Assembly (NCBI GenBank): GCA_943704415.1
Contig: CALSCO010001244.1
Location: forward strand, 1 to 40,714
Direction: 5' to 3'
Source of the DNA: Parvularia atlantis
Taxonomy: Eukaryota
Length of the DNA: 40,714 nt
A model generated the notes under the pieces. The model searched no databases and was not told where the DNA came from. It saw nothing but the letters and a program-made list of their open reading frames with translations. Below, piece by piece: positions 1 through 10,700 of this stretch. Each line of letters opens with the position of its first letter. The stretch's first letter is position 1. The position numbers and the translations under genes were made by a program.

Positions 1-17
1 CCCCGCCGGGCGGGCAG

Positions 18-245
18 ACGTACACGATCGACGACGAGGAGGACTACGACCTCGACGACTCGTTCATCGACGACAAGCCCGCGAAGCCGGCGAAGGCAGC
101 GGCGGCCGCCAAGCCCGCGGTCAAGAAGCTCAAGAAGAAGGTGCACGCGCGTACCTCCTCCTCCCATCGCTGCACGTCTGAACGCGCACGCCACGCGCAG
201 CACGCCGACAGCGACGATGACGGCGACGACGACTGGCGCGAGTGA
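18..245 (+). CDS. 3' end of a gene (partial); acidic/Lys-rich C-terminus with YDLDDSFIDD motif
   Basis: After CAG at 15-17 the frame reads TYTIDDEEDYDLDDSFIDDKPAKPAKAAAAAKPAVKKLKKK; GT-AG intron 141-200; then HADSDDDGDDDWRE-TGA (243-245). Confidence 0.7.
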   Translation, partial: TYTIDDEEDYDLDDSFIDDKPAKPAKAAAAAKPAVKKLKKKVHARTSSSHRCTSERARHAQHADSDDDGDDDWRE

Positions 246-307
246 AGCGGGCGAGTGTGTACATTGCGTTGCTAGTTTCGTCGGTTCGTTCCGCTTCAGG
301 CTCACGC

Positions 308-308
<1 letters not shown>

Positions 309-341
<33 letters not shown>
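309..341 (+). repeat. (CAG)11 microsatellite in the 5' UTR/intergenic region
   Basis: Perfect CAG run ending 16 nt upstream of the ATG at 358. Confidence 0.95.
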
Positions 342-344
<3 letters not shown>

Positions 345-357
345 CGCGCCCAGGACG

Positions 358-1786
358 ATGGTGGGCGGCGAACCGACGCGGCTGTACGTGGGCAACGTGT
401 CCAAGTTTGCGCGCGAGCGCGACCTGGAGGACCTGTTCAAGCGCCACGGGCGCATCCGCGAGCTGTCCGTGCGCGTGCGTCCTTCCCCCCTTTTGCCGCG
501 CCGAGGGCCGCGCGCGCCGACCCGCGGACGGGCGGGCAGGGCGCGTTCGGCTTCGTCGAGTTTGAGGACGAGCGCGACGCGGACGATGCGGTGCGCGCGC
601 TCGACGGCTACAAGATCGAGGGCGAGCCGCTGCGCGTGGAGCGGTCGCGGCCGGCCGGGCGTGCCGAGGACCGGTGCGGGCGGCGTCGGCGCGGTGTCGA
701 CGGACGGCGCAGCGTGACGCGTGCCGCAGTACCGAGAAGCGCGGCGACCCGAGCACCGACCGCTGCTTCAACTGCGGCGAGTACGGCCACTGGTGCGCCG
801 CGCCGACCCTCGAACGGCGCCGTCGCTGACATTGACGCAGGTCGCGCACGTGCCCCGATCCGCCCGGCCGGTGCGGCAGGAGTGCGGCATCTGCGCGCAC
901 AAACTGCTCACGGTACGCCGACGCAGCGGACAGCGCTCGCGCCGCTACGACGACAACCGCTGCTTCACGTGCGGTCGTGACGGCCACCGTGCGCGCGACT
1001 GCACCTAGTGCGCACCGCCCCCCCCCCCCCTGCAGACGCGCCCGCGACTGACGGCTCATCCGGCGGACCCACAGCGGCTTTGAGCAGCGCGGCGCGCCCG
1101 CTCCCGCCACAACCAACGGCGGCGCCTACAGCGGCGGCGGCAGCGGTGGCTACGGCGCTCCGACGGGCGGCTACGGCGCCCCTGGTGGCTACGGCGGCGG
1201 CGCGTACGACCGCGGTGGTGCGGGTGGTAGTGGCGCGTACGACCGCGGTGGTTACGACCGCGCGCCCCCGGCGTACGACCGCGCGCCCCCGGCGTACGAC
1301 CGCGCCCCGCCCGCGTACGACCGCGGTGCGCCGGCCTATGACCGCGGCGCGCCGTACGATCGCGCCCCGCCGGCGCCCGCTGCGTACGACCGTGCGCCCC
1401 CGCCAGCCTACGACCGCGACTACGACCGCGATCGTCTGCGCGACCGCGACCGCGACCGAATCGGCGGCGCCGGTGACGCGCGCCTGCCTGCCGCCCGCGG
1501 ATACGGCCGGGAGACGTGACTGCGCATTCGCGGGGGGCCCGCGTCGCAGGGGGCGGCTACGAGCGCGACCGTGGCGCTATCGGTGGTGGTGGCGGCGGCG
1601 GCGGCGGCGTGCCTGCCTACGACCGCGACCGTGACCGCGACCGCGACGACCGCTACGACCGGCGCCGCGACGATGTCGGTGCGTGGCGTGGCGGCGCGAG
1701 CACGGCTGCCGGCGGCCCGCGGTGACGATCGCGCCCTTGCGACGCGTGCGGCGCGGCGTGCAGGACGCGGCTACGCGCGGCCGTAA
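358..1786 (+). CDS. RRM + two CCHC zinc-knuckle RNA-binding protein (SR-family splicing-factor-like) with Gly/Tyr-rich and RD tail; about 7 introns
   Basis: Spliced: MVGGEPTRLYVGNV (RNP2), GAFGFVEFEDERDADDAVRALDG (RNP1), CFNCGEYGHWSRTC, CFTCGRDGHRARDC, YDRAPP repeats, DRDRDR; ends GRGYARP-TAA. Confidence 0.85.
1204..1430 (+). repeat. Coding tandem repeat, about 21-nt unit (TACGACCGCGCGCCCCCGGCG), encoding YDR(A/G)(P/A)PA
   Basis: About 10 degenerate TACGACCG-anchored units inside an exon of the RRM gene. Confidence 0.85.
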
Positions 1787-2112
1787 AGAGTGCGTGTGCT
1801 CGAACGAGTCTTCTGAGAGTGGTGTGCGACGGGTGGCGTGTTGTCTGTGTTAGAAGTCGTTGCTTCGTACGTAACTCAGTTTCCCTGGCGTCCGTCACTG
1901 GCATGCACGCGAGCATGAGCGTCGATGCAGCCCTCGTTCCACGTCACCGCGAGGTACGTGAGACCGCGCTGTGTACAGCGGTGCATCTTCTTGACAGAGC
2001 GTCGGGACGACAAGGTGCACGAAGCGACTGGCCGCGCTCAGACTGGCGCTGCAAGTGCTCTAAAGGCGGAACTGCCTGCAAAACAAACACGAAAGAACTG
2101 CAACGCACACAT

Positions 2113-5100
2113 TCACGTCGCTGCGGCCACGGCCATCGCATACGCGCCTGCAACGGACACGCACGCGCGTGAGCCCGCGCGCGAGGCAAAGCGTTCCGTC
2201 GAGACGCACCAGAGTGGCTGACGGAGACGGTGACCGCGCTCACGCCCGCCTTGTGCAGCACCTCCTGCGCCTGCCCGTGGAACGCGAGCGTGGGCGCGCC
2301 GTTGCCGGCCGGGACGACCTCGATGTCGACAAGCGGGGCCCCGGCGCCGCCCGTCCACAGCTGCGCCACGTGCGGCGCGCGCGAGCACACGGCCTTGATC
2401 GCGGCCTCCTTGGCACACCACCGGCCCGTGAACGATGCGCGCGGGTCCGGTGCGGCGCGGCAGTAGGCGATCTCGCGCGGCGTGAAGTTGCGCTGCACAA
2501 AGACGGCGTTGTTGATGTCGATCGCTGTGAGCAGCTCGATGTCGACGCCGACCCCGCGCGCGCCCGTGCTGCTGCCGCTGTGCTGTGCTGCCGATGCCGT
2601 TGCTGCAGCCGCAAACGACGACGACGACGATGAGAATGAGACCGAGGGCACAGAGGGCAGCGACTCGGACAGGGCCGCGAGCATCTGCGCCAGCTGCGCC
2701 TGCTCCTCGGGCGGCGGCAGGCCGCTGCTCGACGCGACCGCGCCCGCCCCGGCCACCGCGGGCATCTCGCCGCTGATGATCCACTCGCCCGTCTTGTGGT
2801 CGTGCAGCGCGCGTGAGAGCGGGTTAAGGTAGACCTTGAGCTGCGCCTTCTCGGTGTATGGCGCGTGCGTCTTGACGCGCAGCATCGGCGCGAGGCTCGT
2901 CAGCGCGTCGTGCAGGTGCCGGTACGCGGCGTCCTGCCGCTGTGCGCGCTTCTCTACGTAGTCAGTGTACTGGCCCTCGTCGAGACACGCGAGCACTGGG
3001 CGCACCCCCACCCCACCGGTCAGTGAGCGAGCGCAATCCACACGGCAGTGCGCACCGTAGTCTGGGTGCACGACCAGCACCTCGCCGCCGACCTGGCCGA
3101 ACCCGAACGACTTGAGCAGGCCCGCACGGACGCAGTCGGTCTGGATCGTCTGCGACGGGTAGTAGATGTACTCAAACTGGCGCAGCTTGGCCTCGATGTT
3201 GTCGGCGTTGCGGTTGCCCGGGATGAGGCCCGTGTCGAGCGTCTGTGACCACCGTTGTGATGAGCGCACGCGCGAAAACGCCGAGGCCGCCTCGCGCACC
3301 TGCAGCACGCCGTTGAGCATCCATGCTGCCGCCGCACCCTTTGGGTGGCCCGTCAGGTACTTTTGCATGATCGCGGGCAGCGGGTTGCCGCGCGCGCGGC
3401 CCAGGTGCGTCATCTGCACGTTGAGCACCTCGCTCTCGTTCACATCGTTTGCCTGCGTGCGCGGCACCCACTGGTGAGCAAACTACGCCCTCGATGCGCA
3501 CGCGAGTCGCACCTGCGTGCCCGTGCCGTGGAACGACGCCACGCCAATGTCGTCCACCGTCAGGCCGTACACGGCCAGCGCCCCGCGCAGCGGCGCAATG
3601 CGCGGGTCCTGCCGGTAAAACTCCCCGCCCCACAGGCTCTTGGCCGCGGCCTCCTGGCGCGCCGCCTCGTTGTTGATCTCGCCCTGGCGCCGCTGCACAA
3701 ACTCGGTCAGTGCCGTCTCGTTGACCTGGCCAGACGCGTCAGCACGCAAGTGACCCCCTTGAGCGCAGCCTGAACGCACGTGGTCCTCCAGCCGCAGCAT
3801 CTCGACCTCCTCGGCCAGGAAGCGCTGCTCGGCCGCGATCCACTCGGCGATGCGCCGCCGCTGCAGCCGCATCTGCCGCGCGCGGTATTTGATGTCGAGC
3901 AGCGACGGCATTGACGACGGCGCGCCGGGCAGGGCCGCCGAGCGCTGTGTCTGCGGCGACGAGCCGCTGCTGGCCGGCGCGGGCGGCGGGCTGACGGGGC
4001 GCGACGCCGGCACCGACATGAGACCGCTGCCGTCCTTGGGAGCGTGTGCCGACTGGTTGCGCGCGTTGAGCTCGCGCGCCGTCGTGAGAATGCCCTGACC
4101 GGGCGCGGGCACCGAGCGGCCCTCCTTGTCGGTCGCCGTGGCCGTGTGCGCGATAATGCCATAGATCGGCACGCCCATCTCGACCGCAAGCGACGCCGGC
4201 ATCAGCACTTGCATGCCCGCGCCCTGCGACTCCATGAAGCCCGCGCGCGACGTCGTGGCCGGGCGTGACATCTCCTTGGGCTCGCGGCCGCGCGCAAACT
4301 CCTCGAGCGTGTTGGACGTGGCCTTCATCGACGCAAACTCGTACGAGCCTGGGTGGGCGCGGCCGCCTGAGCTGCTGCTGCGCACGGCCCCGCCTCTGCC
4401 ACGCAAAGCGCACCCTCCTCCTGGAAGTCGTCGTAGCCGCCGACGACGACCACCTTGGCCTTACCCGACAGGATCGTCTCGACGCCGATGTCGACCGACT
4501 CGACCGCGGTCGCGCACGCGCCCACAGGCGTCTTGATCGGGCCCGACGACGACAGCAGCAGCATGTTGACCCAAGCAGGCATCGTGTTGATAAAGTTCTC
4601 CTGCAGGCACGCCGCGTCCGCGTGTTGGCTGCACGTCGCAGACACGCGCCAAGCGCACCTGCAAGATGTCGGACTGGACGGGCCGGTCGAGCAGGCGGTC
4701 CTTGTAGATGCGGATGTTGGCGCGCATGCCGCCGACGCCGCCGCCCGACGTGTTGCCGACCTCGGAGATGTGCACGTACTTGTACAGCTGCGCGGCACTG
4801 CGTTCAGCAGCGCTGCGGCGCACGTGGCAGCGCAAATGCACCTCGTACGGGTCCGTGATGCCCGCCGACAACAGGGCCTCGGCCGTCGAGACGAGCACGT
4901 ACAGCGTGATCGGATCGACCTGGCGCACAATGTCGTCCGGCAGGCCGTAGCGGCGCGCGTCCCAGCCCGTGGGGACCTGCCGGGCAGTGAGCAGCCGCAC
5001 AGACAGACCCTGATCACGCGTCGGACGCACCTGGCCGGCCACGAGGCGGTCGAAGCGCAGCGCCTTGGGGATGTACAGCGTCGCGCCCTTCTTGAGCCGC

Positions 5101-7736
5101 ACAAGCCACTGGCCCGAGCCAAACTTCTTCTCAAACACCTCGACCTGCGGCGCGGCGCTGCTCAGCCGGCGTGCGCTGGCCCGAGCGAGCACGCACCTTG
5201 TCGCCGTGCAGGGCGCGGAAGTGCTCGGCCTCCTCCTTGGACACCTCGACGGGGGCCATGTCGTGGTCGATGGCGACCTGCTGCAGGAACGTCTTCTTGT
5301 TCGGGTCGTAGCCCTCAAACAGCTCCGGCTCTGCACACCGCGTGCGTGTAAGCACCGCCAGCCAGACGCGCGCCGCCCGCACCGATCAGGCGCACGCCCG
5401 AGTGCTCCAGGATGCGCTTCTCGTAGCGGCTCTTGACCTCCGTGTCCTTGACGGGCTCGCCGCTGGCCGCGTCCACCCAGCCGGCGTAGTGCTGGCCTGC
5501 GACGCCACACAAGAGCGTCATGCACAGAGCGCAAATCGACCCGCCGCTGGCCAGCGCACCCTTGAGCGGCCCGTTGTGATGCTTGATCATGCCCATGATC
5601 CACGCCATCTCGATGCAGCCCTCGAGCGAGAACTCGCCATAGGCCTCCATCTCCCAGCGCGTGCGCGAGTTGCCCCACGGGCCGACCTCGCCGTAGCCCG
5701 TCACGACGATCACGCGCGAAAGGTCCAGCAGCTCGCGCAGGTGCGGGTTGACCGTCTGCTGCAGGTACTGGTAGCTCTTGAGCCGCGGGAAGGCGTAGCG
5801 GATGTTGGCGCGCGGGGCGATCGTGCGCAGCGCGTGCGTCACGGGCCCGCACAGCACGCCCTCGTCCAGGTCGTTGTCGCGCGCGATTGCCTGGCGCACA
5901 TTGGCAGTGTTGGTGATCTCGGCGCGCAGCGACTTGAGGATCGGGTTGAGCTGCGCGCCGCGCCGCCCGTCAACACCCGTGGCGCGCTCGGCCGCCACTC
6001 CACGCACGTTCGTGATCTGGTCAAGCCCGCCGTTCAGGTCCGCCCAGACCGGACTGTACTGCGCTAAGCGCGTGACGGTCGGGTGCAGTAGGCCGAGCAG
6101 GTTGAACGCCATCTCCTGCGTCGAGAACGTGCGCACGCCCATCTTCTCTAGGCCCTCCGCGACCATGTTGTTGCCCGACATGAGCCCCGTGCCGCGCGTC
6201 CAGCCGATGACGGCGCCGACGATCGAGAGGTACCTGCACAAGCACGCGCATGCGTTCGTCAATGCTCGCGGCCGCATGCGCGCGGCAAACGCACTGGCCC
6301 CAATTCTCCGAGTGCCACCGGTTGAACAGCGTCTCGAGACCCGCTTTGGACTCGCCGTAGAGGCCGTCGCCGCCAAAAATGCCGTGGTTCGGCGAGAGCG
6401 GCAGGAGCACCTGGGCCGGGCGGGTATCGTGATGGCGCGACTCCTTCTGCGTCTTGATCGCGCCCAGCAGGCGCAGCACGTTCGTGAGCATCACGCGGTG
6501 CGCCAGCTCCGACTTGGAGTCGATGTCGGTGATCTCGCGGCCGTTCTCGGGCAGGGCCGCAAACGGCACGACAATGTCCACGTCCCAGCCGAGCCCCGTG
6601 CGTGCGTCGTAGATGTAGTCCACCAGCGCCTTGGTGTCCTCGAGCGAGCCCTGGTTGAACGGCGCGATGATCAGCGCCGAGCCGCGGCCGCCCGAGCGCT
6701 CGTAGACGCTGCGGTAGTACTCGGTCGTCTTGAGTGAGAAGGACGACGTCGTGACGACGACCTGCGCGCCGCCCGCGAGCAGCCCGCGCAAGATCTCAGC
6801 GCCGATTGAGCCGCGGCCGCAGCCAGTGAGCAGCGCCGTCTTGCCCGCGAACGACAGGCCGTCCGTGGCCATCGTCGTCAGCGCGTCCATGTACAGGCCC
6901 GTCGTGACCCGGTCAAACACCCAGCCCGAGCCGGGCGCCTCTGTCTTAAGGTAGAGGTACGGCAGGCGGTCGCCGATGCCAAGCGAGCCCGCGGCGAGGC
7001 CGTTGGCGGGCTTGACGCTGTTGCTGTTACTGTTGCTGTTGCCGTTTCCGTTGCCGTTTCCGTTTCCGTTGCCGTTGCGGGCGACCGCGGTGCCGCTGGT
7101 GCTGCCGCTCGAGCTGCCGCCATTGCCCTGGTGCGCGAGTGGGCCGGGCCGCACCACGCCGGCCGCGATTGCCGGATGCAGCGGCGGCGTGGGCGTGCGG
7201 CCGAGCTCGACCGTGCGGTTGATGTCGTGCAGCAGTTTGCGCACGCGCACGATCTGGTGCCGGTCGCTCGAGCGCGACATGAGCAGGCGCTGCAGCCGGC
7301 GCACGGCCTTGCGCGCCGCAACGACGTGGTCGGGCGTGGGCGCGGCCAGCTGCGACGCCGTGCCACCGCGGCGCATCTCGCGCACGTAGCTCTCGAGCTT
7401 GCGCACGCCCGGACGCGGCACCTCGCGGTAGATGATCTGGCCGTCGGCCGTGACCTCGGTGCTCGGCGCCATCGGCACCGAGACGTCCTTGAAGTGTGGC
7501 AGCTCGCGCATGGCCTCGCGCACGTTGTCGGCCAGCGTCGTGCCGAGCTGGTAGGCCACACTGTAGTTGCTCACGGGGATGGCCGGGTTGGGCGACACGC
7601 CGCTCTCGGCGATCGCGCGCGCCGTGACCATGTAATAGTCAAACACCTCGACCAGCACCGGGTCCGAGCGGTTCATCAGGTCGATGCAGCGCTGCGGCAC
7701 GCGCACCAAATCAGCCGCCGCACCGCGGACGCGCCT

Positions 7737-7783
<47 letters not shown>

Positions 7784-10700
7784 TTTCCACGCGCACCTGC
7801 ATGATGCTCCGGTCGATGTTGCTGTCGGTCAGGCGCCCAAAGACGATGTCAAAGAACAGGATCATCGCCTCTTGTCGCGACCAGTTCCAGTACGAGTCGT
7901 AGCGGCGCACCTTGCGCGTGTCGAACTGCGGGCGCACGCCGTCGATGTACATCTGCCCGTGCTCGCCCACCAGCCGGTCCATCTCGCCCTGCAGCGAGTC
8001 GCGCTCGGCCACAGTCTTCTCAAACAGCCGGTGGCCCTCGAGCAGGTCGTAGCCGACGTACCTGCGCCACATGCACGTGAGCACGCGCGAGCCGCCACGC
8101 ACGCCGGGCGCGACGTACGACGCAAACAGCTCCATCTGCTCACGCACAAACGCGTCCTGGCGCAGCTGCAGCCGCGTCACGGCCGCCGAGTCGACCACGC
8201 CGGCGCCTGCTCATGTGCGCGCGCGCGAGTCAGCCGGCACACTCATGCGCAGACACAGAAGTCGCGCACCGCCCATCATGCTGCCGGCCAGTGCACCGCC
8301 ACCGCTGCCGCCACCGCCGCCGAGCGAAACCTGGTTGATTGTGGCGTAATCCTTCGTCGCCCCGTCCAGCCACGCGAGCGCCTCGGCCTCGGCGGCGAGG
8401 CGCGTGGGCGGCTCCATCGAGAGCGCGTGCAGAAGCACGGCGTCCTGGCGACCGCTGCCGAGGCCCCAGCGCGACGCGAGATGCGTGCGCAGCGCGCCGG
8501 CCCCGATGCCGGCCGGCATCTTGGACGAGATGACGCGGTTGATTTGCGCCTGCGAGACCGGGCCCAGGCGTGTGTAGGCGAGGCCAGCGGGCGAGTTGGC
8601 CAGGTCGGACAGAGCCTGCTCGGCCGCGTTGTCGCCCAGGCCCGAGCCGTCGCCGCCAAACTCCTTCTGGATCTCGCCCAGCAACTCGTTTTGCAGGGTC
8701 GACTTGCCGGCCGAGATGGCCTTGAGCGTGCTCGCGGGCGGGATGTCGCTCACGGGACGCTTGACCTTGGCCGCGACGATGACGCGCAGGAACTGCAACG
8801 CCGACACGGGCTGGTCGGGCACGGACGCGACAGACCCTGCGAGCACGGCGGGTGAGCTGCCACGCGTCCGGCACATAAAAAAAAAAAAGGCAGCGCACCA
8901 GCCGCGGCCGCCGTCTGCGCGATCGGCGCGGCTGCCATCACCGCGGGTGCGGCCGAGCCGCCACCGCCGCCCTTGGCGATGCTCACGCCCGTGTACGACG
9001 AGTACGACAACACGACCGCGTCCAGCCACGCGCGCGCCTCGCCCTCGCTGGCCAGACGCGTTGCCGGCTCCATCGTCAGGCCGTGCAGCAGCGCTCCCTC
9101 GGTTCGCTGCACGCCGAGGCCGTACTCGCCCGTGAGGTACGCGCGCGCCTGGCCAGCGCCCCAGCTGCGCACGCACGCACGCAATCAGCCTGCTCGTGCA
9201 CGCGTTGCTCATGCGTGCGCACCCGCCGGGCAGCTTGCTCCCGAGCATCTTGGCTACGAGGCTCGACGTGATCTTGCCCAGCGCCGCACCACCCTTGATG
9301 CCGCCCTGCGCTTGCAGCGACTGGGCCAGCTCGAGCATTGGCGCCTCCTCGGGCTTCTCAACCGCGACCTCGCCAAACTCCTTCTGCAGGTCGCCCAGGA
9401 GTTCGTTCTGCAGCGTCGACTTGCCGCCGGCGAGCTCCTTGATCGACTTGCTCAGCGGCACCTCGCCGAGCGCTGGCACACGCACACGCGCGTGAGCGAC
9501 CGCACGCGTACGTGCGTTGCACGCACGCTTCTTGATCTTCTGTGCCACGAGCACGTGCAAAATCTCTTTGGCCGTCACGGGCGCGTCCGAAACGGGCACG
9601 GCCACGGCGCCTACGGGCGGCAGCACGGCCACGGGTGCTGCGGGCGGCGGCGGTGGCGGCGGCCCGGCCTTGGTCGCGGCGGCAGGTGGAGCTCCCTCCT
9701 GCGGCCCCAGCGCGCGCGTCAAGCACGAGCGGCACAGGCAGCATGTCTGCGTCGCACCGCAGCCGGCGCGCTCGAGCCGCTGTCCTCGTAGTAGATCACG
9801 CCCTTGTCGCGCGTGTAGCACAGGAGCTCGCGCCGGAACGTCATGGCCTCGTCATACGCCTCATACTTGAACTTGATCGTGCGCTGGGCCATGTTGGCCA
9901 GCGTCGGACCCGGGCCAATCTCCACCAGACGCTCGACCTGCCCCGCGCGACTAAGCCACACGACACGCCGCCGCACGGTGCACGCACGCACCTGGAAATC
10001 CTTAAACAGGCGGTCCTGCGTCTCGATCCAACGCACGGGCGAGGCAAACTGGTACGCGAGCAGCTCCACCAGCAGCGTGTAGCCGAGCTGCTGCTGCTTG
10101 GCGGCCGTGTTGGGCTCAAACAGGCTCGCATCGCTATCGTCAAAGCCCTGCCAGCACGCCGCGCACGCTCAGCGACCCGCACTCACAGCACCGCGCAAGG
10201 AGACGCACCGTGTGCACGCCGCGTGGCGTCAGGCCCGAGCCCAACGAGGCCGCAGACGCGTCCGCAGCCGCGGTCGACGGCGTCCGGCGCATCTTCTCCG
10301 CCTCCTCAACCGTCGCGGGCCAGCGGCGCAGGATGCGCGCGAGCTTGGGCGAGTTGCACGTGTCCTGCGCGGCCGTCGTCAGCGAGCTCGCAGGCGGCGC
10401 CTGCTTGAAGGGCACACGCACGTGCACGAGTTTGACGTAGTCGCGATCGAGCCGGAACGGCTGCGCGACCAGGTTGGGGATGTACTTGCCGACAAGCAGC
10501 GCGACGTCGACGTTGGCCGGGTTGATGCGCTGCGACAGGTACGCGCGGAATGGCGCCACGCCCGACAGCAAGAAGCGCGAGTGGAACGGCACGTCGATGC
10601 CCGGCAGCGGGATCGTCGCCTCGCCGCGCGACAGCTCAAACGGCCTCTTGGTCACGGTCGCCTCGGCCTGGCGCTCGAGCACCTTGTCGCGCTGGGCCAC

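Noticed and set aside
870..926. Third metal-binding motif CGICAH in the RRM gene
   Set aside because: It lies within a GT-AG intron that must be removed to keep the frame.
1005..1008. In-frame TAG after the second knuckle (readthrough or recoding)
   Set aside because: TA|GT is an exon-intron junction; splicing yields TAC (Tyr). No stop-codon recoding is needed in any gene model.
1204..1430. CRISPR-like repeat array
   Set aside because: No unique spacers; it is a coding peptide repeat in a eukaryotic gene.
7131..8855. 574-aa + strand ORF, and many similar Arg/Ala-rich ORFs in the track
   Set aside because: Antisense shadows of real GC3-biased exons; stop codons are rare at this GC content; no recognisable motifs.
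10060..10210. Separate FAS alpha-subunit gene start
   Set aside because: No ATG or stop at the junction; the exons join in phase 0. The ORF-track 'MELLAYQF' start is a GTG codon.
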